Shown here one piece after another: positions 31,379 through 43,779 of a DNA stretch of 64,000 bases. Position numbers and translations under genes: made by a program. Every line of letters starts with the position of its first letter. The first letter of the stretch is position 1. The stretch covers positions 333,928 through 397,927 of the forward strand of contig NW_027192206.1 of the NCBI RefSeq assembly GCF_041956535.1, written 5' to 3'. The notes under the pieces were generated by a model, which saw nothing but the letters and a program-made list of their open reading frames with translations, was not told the DNA's origin and did no database searches. The stretch comes from Calcarisporiella thermophila CBS 279.70. Its lineage: Eukaryota > Fungi > Calcarisporiellomycota.

Positions 31379-32341
31379 ATGCCCAAGGTTCCGAGGAATT
31401 GTAAGATCATTTTACAATATATTTTAGTGCAATTTTTATTTTGGTGACCACAGGATGCTGTTGTCTCTAAATTTTGACAAGTGGAGAGAGATGAAGCGAG
31501 TTGTTTTTTAATCTGCAATTGAGCATCAATAAGAGATGTGTTTATAAAAATTCTCTCTTATTGATCCTAGCAACACTAATTGCAAACAGAAAATAACGTA
31601 CCCATCCTCCCATTTTTCTTGTTTGCTTTCTTTTCTTCCCTCATTTTATATAATTTTGTCTCCGTTGTGGATCCGCAGATTTCTAATTTTCTTGTAATTA
31701 TTGACAGGCTCTAAAACCTATAAGGTTCCCCGTCGCCCCTTCGAGTCGGAGCGTCTAGATCACGAGCTGAAGCTTGTTGGTGAGTACGGCTTGCGCAACA
31801 AGCGTGAGGTCTGGCGTGTAGGTTACACCCTCTCCAAGATCCGTCGTGCTGCTCGTGAGCTGCTCACCCTTGAAGAGAAGGACCCCCGCCGCCTTTTCGA
31901 AGGCAATGCGCTTATCCGCCGTCTTGTCCGCATCGGTGTGCTTGATGAGTCCAAGATGAAGCTCGATTATGTGCTCTCGCTGAAGATCGAGGATTTCTTG
32001 GAGCGTCGCCTGCAGACCCAGGTTTTCAAGCTTGGACTTGCCAAGTCTATCCATCACGCTCGTGTGCTCATCAGGCAGCGTCACATCCGGTAAGCATATT
32101 GCACTCGATTTTTTCTTGTGGTGGGGGGGGGGGAGAACTCTCTTGGCTAATACGCGTATGCTATTTTAGTGTTGGCCGTCAAATGGTTAACATTCCGAGC
32201 TTCGTTGTCCGTCTCGACTCGCAGAAACACATCGACTTCGCCCTGACTTCGCCCTATGGTGGTGGCCGACCTGGCCGCGTTAAGCGCAGACGCCAAAAGT
32301 CTGCCTCCAACCAGGACGGGGATGAGGATGCTGACGAATAA
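31379..32341 (+). CDS. RPS9: 40S ribosomal protein uS4 (S9)
   Basis: MPKVPRN|[34 protein letters not shown]; introns 31401-31708 and 32090-32169. Confidence 0.98.
31514..31591 (+). other. Intronic RNA hairpin followed by ACA (regulatory element or H/ACA snoRNA 3' hairpin)
   Basis: 12-bp stem 31525-31536/31554-31565, 7-bp outer stem 31514-31520/31578-31584, ACA at 31586-31588, ANANNA at 31489-31494. Confidence 0.45.
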
Positions 32342-32655
32342 ATTCCCAATACCTTTAAAGCTTCCTGTGTGCTTTTGGCGGGATGCGTGGGCATTGTTTT
32401 ATTTCTTTTTTTTAATGCAGAAGCCAATAAAAAGTGTATCCGTTGAGAGGTTTAGTTCTTAACGCACTACATTTTCTGAGCAAGCCCGACGTCATGGGGA
32501 GAATTTGCAAGTATATATATAGAGACAACCAATATAAATAGCAAACAAAAACAACAGTGTGTACATGATTCAAAATGGCTAGGTCCAACAAACCTGTATG
32601 TTCATATCTAAGCTATTTTGGCCATCAAACATAAACAATATACAGTTGAGTACTA

Positions 32656-34509
32656 TCAAAACACCAATATTACATATGCGAGGGTGGATAAGATCATCAA
32701 CGCAAAGCTAAGAGAGTAAGTTGAGGCAATGGAGTGAGGGGCGTTCGCACGAGCTACACCAGGTCAAAGAGTTAGATATGTGTTCAAGACTGTCTAACTA
32801 AAAAAGAAAAGCTTACTGCCGCAATCTAATCGACACTGGAATGCTAAACTTGTCATGTTGTTGAGTACGTTGTCCGGTGGGCAGATTTGGAATACATTCG
32901 GCTGCACCCTGCAGAAGCCTAGGTGAGGTGGAGCAACGACCGATGGGAATTCTCCATTCAGTTGGTTGTAATTGACCACGAGATATTGAAGATTCTGGAG
33001 AAGAGCGACTTGCTCGGGTAGGGGGCCTGTTAACTGGTTATGGCCCAAGAAACTTAATAAAGAGCAAAAAAAAAAAAAACGATTCGTAAGCCAATAGAGC
33101 AGCCAGGCATGGGAAAACAGAAAATGCTTACAGCCTCTGCAGATTTGTTAAATTACCAATGGTCTTGGGGATGCGGCCAGAGAGCTGGTTATTTGAAAGG
33201 TCCCTAGAAAAGTCGGATGAAGAATAGCTTGAATCGGGCCGACTAAAATCTCAGCACCAAGAAAAATCTACTCACAATATCTGCAGGCCGACTAAATTCC
33301 CTACCTTCTCTGAGATGCCACCAGTTAGTTGATTTTCACCCAGCACCAGAGTATTCAGATACAGCATGTCGTAGATCGACTCTGGAATAGTGCCGGTCAA
33401 TTGATTCTGTTTCAAAACTCTAAGAGGCGGATATTAGTTGTTTAGTGTCGCAAGTTCCGCGAAGAGTATAGATGTATAAAAGAGGGAATGTGTTAAATAC
33501 GCACAATGCTTGGAGGTTTTTTAGGCCCGAAATTTCTGCCGGAATGGTGCCAGTTAAGTTATTGTGATCTAGGTAGAGTTGTGTTAAACCTGTCATTTTC
33601 GCAATACTCGCCGGAATCGTTCCAGTCAGCCGGTTTCCGCTCAGATACCTGAGGATCATTAGTAGAATTGTTATTTTTCTGGAGAGCTATTGATAATAAA
33701 AAATAACCCACAATCCCTGCAGAGCCAAAAGATTAGTATAGGCTTCTGGTATACCCCCTTCAAACGTGTTATTGCGTAGATGCAAGTGCTCAAGTAAGGA
33801 CAGCTTGGAGAGAAAATCGGGCAAGGGTCCCCCAAGCTGGTTTCCGGTCAAACTTATAAATTTCAAAGTGTTGATGTTGCCTAATTCCAACGGCACGCCT
33901 CCTGTTAATCCATTGTCGCTCAGGTCCAGGTGAATAAGACCACTGAGCGCCCCAATGGATGACGGGATCGTACCTCTAAGTCCATTAGCGTTCAGATTCC
34001 TAAGGGAAAATGGGGTCAACGAAACCAGCTAAATTTAGGAGATTCTAATAAAAGAACACCCACAATTGAGTAACGACTCCAATATTGTTGCAGACCACAC
34101 GAGCCCACGAACAACAACTAAGCATATCCTGGCTCTGCCACCCCGTCGACTCAGTCCATTGTCCCCCGGTTTGTTTGAAGAATTGGCTCAACGTAGTGCA
34201 CGTTGAGCGAAGCGCTTCAATGCGCTGTTCATTAAGAGTTACATTGGAAGGAAGTCCGGGAATGTTTCCTATTCCAGGGGCCGCAGTGGTAGTAGGCGCG
34301 GCGCTGGAGCTAGAAGGCGGTGCAGAAGATTCAGGCGTGGGGGAAGCCGATTCAGAGGGGGTCGGCGAGGGAGAATCGTTTGTTGTGGTGGTCTGGCCGG
34401 CATCGGAGCCATTGCTAGTTTCCGATGGGGGTATGGAAGTGCCGCTCTCTTGTGCCCTTGCCGTGGTCAGTAGCAGCAAGACCAGTAGGAGAAATAGCGA
34501 AAGCCTCAT
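32656..34509 (-). CDS. Secreted, probably GPI-anchored, plant-type leucine-rich repeat protein (~11 LRRs)
   Basis: Signal peptide MRLSLFLLLVLLLLTTARA, S/T/P-rich stalk, N-cap CCSWARVVC, LxLxxNxLxGxIP repeats, hydrophobic C-terminus SFALMILSTLAYVILVF. Confidence 0.88.
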
Positions 34510-35000
34510 GATGGAAGGAGAAGAAAATGCAAAGATGGGCTGCAAGGCAAATGGCGGGAAATGAGAAGTGAAAAGTGGAAATCGATGGTGAGGATGGAGG
34601 CAATGAGACCGGTGAAGAAACAGTTTGTGCGCCGTTAGACCACACCCGCACACTTCTTGCACTGGAGAATTCCATAATTTTTTTCGACTAGAGCTGTACC
34701 ACCACGGCTGTCAAATTTAGAAAGCCTGGAGGATATGATCAGTGCTCTCTGGATCAGAAGACAAAATTGTCGATCTTTTAGACGATCGATGCAACATTGT
34801 GATAAGTTTATATTGCCCGATGGAAATTCCATGAAACATTTCTTCTTTTGCGAGGGTATAGCATAACACACTCGATTCTCACACTATTAAAATAAAGTTA
34901 CAATGAAACAGTGGGCTCAAGCCGCGTATGAGCGGATGGAATGGCGGGATCCTGCTTGGCTTGTTTTGGCAACGCTCCTCGGCGTAATGAGCGAGGCTTG

Positions 35001-36552
35001 CTACTTTTTGACCGAGGCCAGGCAAGCAATCATTGCAGCCCCTATGCCGCTTCCGTCAGCGGCTTCGATCAGTTTGATCCTGTCGGCGTTGTCTCCCACA
35101 AGCTCGTGGAGGGCTGCAACAATGCGCTCACGGAAGCTGGGATAGTGCTGGAATAACGAGCCATCTATTCCTACAGAACATCCTTCCTCCAGCGCGTCAC
35201 AATGCTCGACCACCGCTACCAGGCCGGCAGCGGCAAGGCGTGCCGCGCGCGTGCCTACGAGCTCGACAATCTTCTTTACGATTCGCCGGTCGGTCAAGGT
35301 GGTTTTGGGCACATTTAGAATGGACTCGAGTACGTGCTGGGTATGAGCGAGGTCCGGGGTGGCATCGGCCTCGATGGTGGACATGTAGCTGGAGTCAAAG
35401 CTCCACAGGCGATTCAGGTCCACAGAGGAATGCGCCTCAAAGAGAAGATTGCAGTCTACGAGGTGCAATACGGCGTTGCGCACGATCTCGCCGAGATACA
35501 TCCCCGATATCATTTTCTCATAGGTCTGACTGCGAGGGTTCACCGACTTACGGTCAAGCTTGTTGTCATAGGGAGTCACGGGCAGCACGTGGCGCTCCAT
35601 ATCAAACGCGCCCCATTCGGTGTTCACCGCCATAAGCTCACCGGGAGAGTAGTTGCCGCCGCTCAGCTTCTTGATATTGGACACCTTCTCATAATAGGCT
35701 AAAGATAAAAAGCAAGAGACAGTCAGGCTGCATGTCCAAGTTATACAATGAATTGTCAGGTTCATTCGACACAATACCTCCGTTCGTGCCCGTCCCCAGA
35801 ATCACCCCTAGTACCGTATCCGGCTCCCGGTAGCTCTGGGCAATTAGAGTGCCCACCGTGTCATTCACGAGCGCAACAACCTCCACGGAGACATTTTTGC
35901 GCAAAAGCGCGTCCTGCAGCATCCCAACAATGTCCTTTCCGTCCATGCCCGAGCAATTAAAGCCCTTTGTCCAGTACAGCAGCGTGCCTCGGTTGATCGC
36001 CGTCTGGTTGACCGCGAAGGAGAACGTAAATCCGAGCTTCGTCGCATGTGGCATTTGGGGATCCTCTGAAGAGTAGTTCGTGAGATAAGTATCCACGCAC
36101 TCGGCAAGGTAATCGAATAGCTTTTGCGCCGGCCCAGTGCGTAGTGGCTCAGAAACGGTGAACTTTTCCTGGCGCAATGTGAATTTTCCGTCTCCCAGCA
36201 GGTTGACCTGACACACCCGCAAGTTCGTTCCGCCGAGGTCGAGAGCCAGGAAGCTGCCAGTTTCTTTGCCGGTCAGCCGGCCAGGAACAAAACTAGGGAC
36301 CATAGGAACTGGAACGCCATTAAGCAAATCAGCCCGAAATGCCTCTACAAGCAATGCAAGCTTACCCGTTTGATTGTCCTTTTCCAACCCCTTCATCATT
36401 TCCACTTTTATCGCCTCCGCCACCTCGCGTAATTTCTCCGCAGAAATCGTGAAGTCGCGCTCCAATTCATTCACCGCGGCCATTTGCTCCCTAGTGCCCT
36501 CCACATTGCCAATAGTGGTTGCCTGAACTCTATGTGTTATCCAGCTGGCCAT
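35001..36552 (-). CDS. Hexokinase/glucokinase
   Basis: LALDLGGTNLRV, LGFTFSF, WTKGF, VNDTVGT, ILGTGTN, NTEWGAF, EKMISGMYLGE, DGSGIGAA; 2 introns. Confidence 0.97.
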
Positions 36553-36939
36553 TAGCGTCGTGTTTCAAAGGTATAGAATTGAGGTAGACAGGGTGAAGAA
36601 AGGAAGAAAGGCCTGGGCTATTTGCCTGAAAATGGAATCAATCGATATAGTTGCCCGCCAAGAACTCTGTTCACCTGAGGAATGCTTGTCATTGGAGAGG
36701 GAGAGGAGTAGGTTTAAAATGGAATTTGACAAAGCCTTTTTGAATTGTTTATTCTCCAAAAAAAGGGATTAAGTATTGAAGAAAGAGGATAAAGAAGAAA
36801 AGCATTCAGAACTTTAGCAGAGTAAACTTGTCAAGTATGGCTACATGGAAAGAATATAACAAGGGAGAGATTAGTCAAAGAGTATAAACGAAAAAGTCAA
36901 AAACAGCAACTATGAAGCATGAATTTTGGGTCCAATTGT

Positions 36940-38707
36940 TCAAAGACTTGTATCATCCTCATCCAGTGTCCCCGTTGGCTCCGGGGAAAGAGGGTCCTCA
37001 AAGTCGCCACGAATCTCTTCATTTCGCTCGGCGGAGCCTGTTAATGTGCTCGCAGCATGCGACAAGTCCATTGCATCTTCCGATCTGTACTTCTCATTTA
37101 GATAGCTTCGCAGCTCTTTAACGCCTTTTCCGCTGAAAACACAAAATATGGCAAGTTGGTGGGGTTGAAATTTGCTTGGTGCCTGCCGGCAAAACTGCTG
37201 GATATCCGGCTGCAAGAAATCAGGCACTCCCGTCAACGAAAGGTGGTTCAGGCGTGGAGAGCTATTGAGCAGCGCTCGAACCGCTCTGAGCGAAAGGCGG
37301 CTACAGTAGGAGAGATGTACGCGTTCTAGTGTGGTGCATGCGATGCCTTGTGTGACAAGTTCGTTGAGGAAACGATCTGTGATATTATTGCAGCGAACGA
37401 GGCCTATTCTCCGTAATCGTGGGAGATGTGCTAGTTCGACGACAGAGTCGTCAGTGATCTGGGAGCAGTTGGCAAGGTCAACGTAGCGCAAACGCGAACA
37501 GTGCTTTGCGAGAGCTTGCACTGCACGGTCTGTGATTCCATAGCAGTGACCGAGATGCAAAAAATGCAGATTTTTCCCCAGCGCGGTGATGTGGAAGACG
37601 CCATCATCAGTAATATGGGTGCACTTTCCAAGCATTAGGGTGCGAAGTTTGGGAGCAGAGCGGACAATGAATCGAATTGCATTGTTGGAGATGGAGGAGC
37701 AGGCGGTGAGATCGAGGAAGCGCAAGTGTTCGAAATGCGGCAAGATATCAAATTCGAAGGCAGCGTCAGTGATTCTTGTCCATGCGAGCCTTAATTCTCG
37801 GAGCTGAGTGCAGCGCAAGAGAAGCTCGCGAATAGACTCATCGGACACGGAGCATTCTGTCACATCAAGCTCCACCAACTGAGAACAGCACTCTGCCAGT
37901 TTTAAAATGGACGCATCTGTTATTAAATCACAGTGGGCCATCTTGATCTAAAAGAGGACGCACAGAACGGGAAGAATATGAAACTATCGGCCTATTTGAC
38001 CAAAGGATACTAGTATCACTTACTCTCTTCAGCCGTGTGCAGTTCATAGCCAACGTCTCCACCGCATAGTCGGAGATGTTCTTACACAGTGCAAGGTTAA
38101 TCCCTTGCAATCGTTTGCAGTGTTCAGCGAGTAGAACGACGCTCTTATTAGAAAGATTTACTATATCGCCAAAATCCACCACCAGCAAATCGTGCAGTCC
38201 TCGCAGCAATGCTGTCACCCCCTCGTCTGTGACAGAGTGGCATCCATTCAACACGAGCCGTTCCAATCGATGGCAAGATGAAAATTGCGTCAGCTGGGTA
38301 TCGTTCACATCGAAAAATGTGAGATTGAGCCGCCTTATAAATCGTGAGTACTGAAAAGTGGAATTCTCATTAGAAAGCGTCTCAAGCATGGCATTGAGAT
38401 TCTCTGCACGCTGGATGAACGGTCGTTGCCACAGCTTCTCAGCCGCACATTGACTCCAAGCTTTGCAAACAAGCATGCACGAGATGAGATCTCTAGGCGA
38501 GTTGAGCTGCTTGATTATGTGTGCAATAAGCTCGGTGGGAAGATGATCGGGACTGAATGGAGTGACAGAATATGCATCGGTCCATGATGAGCTTGATGAC
38601 ACCCGATCACAATCTAGTTCGTGAAGGGAGGGATTCGATGATTCATAGTGGGAGGGGGGTCTCTTCGGAAGTCGCAGAAGTGCAGATATTTGATCTCGAA
38701 TAGTCAT
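36940..38707 (-). CDS. GRR1: F-box/LRR SCF substrate receptor, Grr1-like
   Basis: F-box LPTELIAHI...LVCKAW, IRRLNL, LGKNLHFLHLGHC, LERVHLSYC, LNHLSLTGV, FCVFSG; 1 intron. Confidence 0.9.
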
Positions 38708-39123
38708 TTTGGCATTGGATGGGTTGAAACAAACGGAGAGCGAGGGAAGGGAGGGGCGAAGGGAGGGGCAGAGAGAAGGAGATGAAGCAGAATAGAGAGA
38801 ATACTAATCCAATAAAGCTCTGGTGCTAAAGTGAAAACCGGGGCGATTGGCCTTTGTGTGGCTTTTCGCTGAGTTGGTCAGATTCATAAATAACCTAACC
38901 TAAAATAGTATTGTTATTGAAAAAAAAAAATTAAAGAGCTGAGGGTACTTCATCAACATGGAAACCGTGTCGCAGGATAAAGTAGGGATAAGAGTATTTT
39001 GAAAATCCATCACAAGAAAAAAAGAAGAAGGAGAAAAATAGAACCAAGAAAAAAAAAAAAGAAATATTCCAAGATAAATGATATTAAAATATAGTATATA
39101 TATATCTCCAAGAATTAGAGTGT

Positions 39124-42100
39124 TTAAAAGGCCCGGACTGTATCTATAAGGCGCTTGACTCCCACCATCCAGTATCCGCACTCTTCATATTTTGTTGTAA
39201 GCAGGTCCACATGGATACGAATGGCCGTATTGTAATCGCGTGCCTCGAGTGCTTTAAGTGGGAAAAAGGAATGGTTAATTTTCGACTGTCATATAGGTAA
39301 AATAGGAGAGAAACTATATATTTACTTTGCACTAGTAACAACATCTGCTGCACTACCTGCTGCGAGAGTTCCCCATTATTCAATAGATCAAACAGGTTAT
39401 TGAGACGCTTCTCTGTATCATCAAGCACCCTGCGTTGATGAGGCTGCATGCAATATATTCAATGCCCGTGAATACCGAGTTTATTATTTTTAACTTATTG
39501 TGAAAAATACTTACCGCAGCATTTTGTCTTGCACGCACGAGCTCATTCGTCAAAATGGTTAAAATGGGCTTGTGTGAATCGGGAATATGGGAACGGTCAC
39601 CGGCAGCTATTTAAGGGGGAGGAGAGTACAAATAGTTGGTATGCATAAATAATGGAATAAACAGATGGTAAGAATATCGAGCTTACGATATCGCTTATCT
39701 TCTGGGGCGGCCAGCTTTCCGTGCATTTGGGGCCGACCTCTACCTGCGGGTTGAGGTTGCTGTGGCTGTGGTGGGGGCTGTTGTTGCTTTTGCTGCGGCG
39801 GCTGCTGTTGGTGATGATGAGGATGAGGATGCGCGGGATGAGCTGGCTGGAGGTGAATAGGAGGAGGTGGGGGAGGAGATAAAATTTTTTGAGGAGGTGA
39901 GGGAACGCCCCAGCGTGCTCCTGTGGGTTGTGCAGCATGCTGCAACGGTGAGGCTATTCCACCGGTAGCCGCGGTTGGAGGCGGAGCAGGCGGCCCGGGT
40001 GGCTGGAAACTCTGGGCATCCGGCCGATGCTCGCCATACATAGCTGAGGGCATGGCATTCATTTGCGGAGGGGGGGAGAGGGGGGAAGCGACGGGAGGGG
40101 GATGAGGAGCAATACCCCCCACATATGGATGATTTCCTGCGGGTGGATGAGTAGGATCACTAGGCGGGATAGGATTCGAATTGTGAAAAGGAGCGGTTAT
40201 TGGGGAGAAGACTTTATTGCCCTGGAGCTGCTGACGCTTCTGTCTTGTTGGGTCGGGGGATGGGACCATAGGAGGATCATTCCAATGGCCTTGATTGCGA
40301 AGTTGAGAAGGTGGTAGCTCTCGGACATTGGATGCTGCTGGGTCTGCTACAGAGTCCATGGGGGGAGGAAGCGATGCGGTAGAGATGGCATCCATATAAT
40401 TACTGTAGGGATTAGTATATGTATGCGGAGTATTGTAGACTGCATTGGAGAAATAGGAGGACGAGCCTTGAGTGGCCTCGTGTGTATAGCCCCAAGATGG
40501 TTGGATTTGAGACTGTTGCTGCTGCGGCTGCGGTTGCTGCTGCGGCGGCGGTGGCTGAGGCTCATGCTGTTGTGGTTGCTGTGGAAGGCCGGGGCCAGGG
40601 CCGTAGGGGTGGGGCATTGGATCTTGGGGCCCAGCAGCCTGTGGTTCGTTGTAGTGATAGTAGTTCTGAGGTGAGGTTTCTTGGTTTTGAAGCGACTGAT
40701 CTTGGGGTTGGAAGAGAGCAAACGGGAAAGGAGGCGCATTGGTACCGGTGATATAGCCACCAGAATGGTAGAGGCGATCGCGCATGATACCGATAACCTC
40801 TGGTCTTGAGGTGGGACGTTGACTACGGAAACCCGTGGGTATGAGGTCTAGATATTTCATAGCATGGGCGAGTAGACCTTGGGATGCTAGCAGCTCGGCA
40901 TACTCGTAGTATTTGGTATAAAGAGGGGCCAGGCGGTATTCGGGGGTTTGACCGTCGGTGTCTTCAGGGGGATGCGTCAGGTTGGGATCCTCGAAGTCGA
41001 TTGCCTTTCGCAAAACCGCCACCTTCTCCATAAGATCTTGGAGCAGCAAGGAGCGGCGTGAGCTGAAACCAGCGCTGGTGGAGAAGCACTTGCGCTCTTC
41101 GTCTTCTATCTCCGAGACCCAAATGCTGACCACCTTCTCAAGGTTTCCTGATGCTAAATAGCACAACCCGGCACTCTCGCGGAAATCCAAGGACTCCGAC
41201 TGACCTCGCGAGTCAGCCGAGTAAAGCTGACGCCAGCGCTGCTCAAGCCGGTGTCCCAGAGTCTCGCAAAGTTTGACAAATTCATCTGTACGAGCAAACG
41301 TGCAGAGCACCACCATAGTTTCCCTCCACTCCTCCAGAGCGGTGTTGTCCACCACGTCGGCCAAATCCCCGGCAATAATTGCTCGGAGTAGTCGCAGGTA
41401 GGAGGTGTGGGCCGCTTGTCTTTCAAAGTAGGCTTCCTGTGCGCGGGCCAAAAGCTCCTGCCCTCCACAAATGGCAAGAAGAAGGGCATCCGTGAAGCGA
41501 TTTGCTGCAATGCAGACATCAACAGCAGATTCAAAGTGGCCCAGGACTACGGCACGGGTTATGCAACGGTCTACCTCTGAATCCCGAGAGGAATACATGT
41601 GGAAAAGGCGTTGGGAGTCGGAGTCGGGGGGACGGGGTATTGACGGGGAATCGAGGGAATTCGGTTTGATATTCGCAAAGGGGTCTATAGATGAGGCGGA
41701 ATTCTGATCCTCACTGAATAGGTCAGATTGTCCAGAATTGAGATCGGCCCTCTCGGCTGGCTCGCTGTTGCCGGCCGAGACGTGCGGGGGATCGCTAGCA
41801 GCAGCTGTCTTGGTGACGCCACCTCTATCGGTGCTCTGGTCCACTGACTTCTCAGCCGTTCGAGAATCTCCCAAGTGCATACGTTTGATTGCGGCAGCGA
41901 CTGAATCCACCACACTTTCTTTCTCGAATCCAAGGTAATTGACCAACTTCTCGCGGGCATTATCGTCAAAGAGGGACCGAAGCAATTTCCATGATTTGCC
42001 TTCCCTCAGGGAATCAGTCGCCTTTGCTTCACAGTAAGAGTTCAAGGAATCCGACTTAAGGGCCTCTTCAAGCATAATAGAACGCTTCACAATATCTGGC

Positions 42101-43779
42101 TCAGTTTTTGGCGTTGAGATGGTCACTGTGTACACAATAGGCTGGGTAGGTGGTACGGCCCCAGGTGCAGTAAGGTTCTGAGCAGGAGATTTAAAGGAGA
42201 CTAACTTTCCGCCAAAACTGAAAGTGGCGCCCACGGGACGCCGTAGCCATTTGGGTGGTCTCTTAAGCTGAATGGTTGCTGAAGCTGGCGTGGCTCCAAG
42301 GGCCTGCTGTGAAAAGGGGTCATATTCGACTTGGTTTTGAGGAGAAGAATCTTTCAGGGAATAGTCTTGTAGGGAGTGCAAATTAATCTACAATAAACAA
42401 CGTTAAAAAGAAAGAGGAGGGAGAGAGAAAATCTGAGGTGCTTCATACTTTTCCATCGAAAGAGGCGGACGCAAAAATGTCGGGATTGGTTTGATCCCAA
42501 TCCACTTTGAATGACCAATTGGCACTCTGGGGAAGCTAAAGATCACTCATTGGAGTTAGCGCGTCGTCAATTTCGAGATTTCGATATTCGAATACTTGCC
42601 TCGCCAATGATTTCACCGCTTGTTGTATTCCAGCAGATGGTACGGCAATCTTTACCGCAGGAAAGGACAAGCTCCGAATCTTTCTTACACCACGAGACTG
42701 AAAGGACGCCTTTTGTATGGCCAATCAAGCTCTTCTCAGGAGCGTGAGCTTGACGCAAATCCCACATTGAAATGACAGGGTTGCTATCGTCTTCCGAGGC
42801 CGTAATCAATTGGGTAGCCTAAAAACGAGCAATAGATATGAATAATCCATCATTGCTAGAAGAGAAAGCCATCAAATGAACAACGCACCACATCCGGGTT
42901 CCAGACTACGGCCGACACCCCGCGTAGGCCAGCCGCGCCACCCATATGCATTGGCATCATGGATGAGTTGCCCGGAGGAAGATGTAATATCTCGCGCCGA
43001 TTGCGCAAGTCCCAGATTACGGTGTGTCCCGTTGTCGATGATGTGGCAAGGATATGTTGTACTTGGCAATTCCAAGAGAGATGGGTGATATCCTCCAGTT
43101 TGGATGATCGCGACCCGGGCGAATATGGCTTATTTAAATTGTTCAGATCCAGGATGTAGATCTATTAGACAAAAACATGGGCATTAGATTTGGGTCCGAT
43201 GTTCGCAGGCGAGAGCGCTTGTGCGTTACCTCACCATTCCCAGCAGCTGAGGCTAGGAGATTGTGCTGGAATGGATTGAAGTCCAATCCTCGCACGGATC
43301 CTGTGTGTAGCGCCTGAGAAAATATAGGGGCCTTGTCGCTAAATACAATATGGACATCAGCAAATAGGGACAGTGGAAATTTATCTTCCTCCAACGCACC
43401 TATTATCATCAAGTATAGCCGCTGGATTCCATAGATTCACCTCGCCATTCTCCAAGCCGCCTGCTAAGATTCCGTAAGGTTTATTAGAAATAGGATAACC
43501 CCAAGCGAGACGATTAAATCTACGTAAAATAAACGTTTCAGAGACCGATCCCGAATATGAAGGGGAGAAAACGCACCTAGCATTGGCCGGGATCGAGCCG
43601 ATGGGGCTTAACCCCTCCGAATTTTGGCGCTGAAGGTCAAGCCGAAATATCTCAAGCTCGGCGGTGTTTGAGAACGAGGCATCCAGCGCGCCTGCCACCG
43701 TTCCTGTGGCAATATATGGGAGATGCTGCGCCGGACACCAAGCGAAGGTGGCAGTTCGGTTTATTTCTTTGAGTTTCAT
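39124..43779 (-). CDS. SEC31: COPII outer coat protein Sec31
   Basis: [24 protein letters not shown]40 repeats, [19 protein letters not shown], proline-rich region, C-terminal [14 protein letters not shown]...WMVGVKRL. Confidence 0.97.

Noticed and set aside
34914-35003. Hexokinase TAG-CAA readthrough-like context
   Set aside because: Incomplete match to the leaky CAR-YYA context, and the extension ends in YAA with no targeting signal
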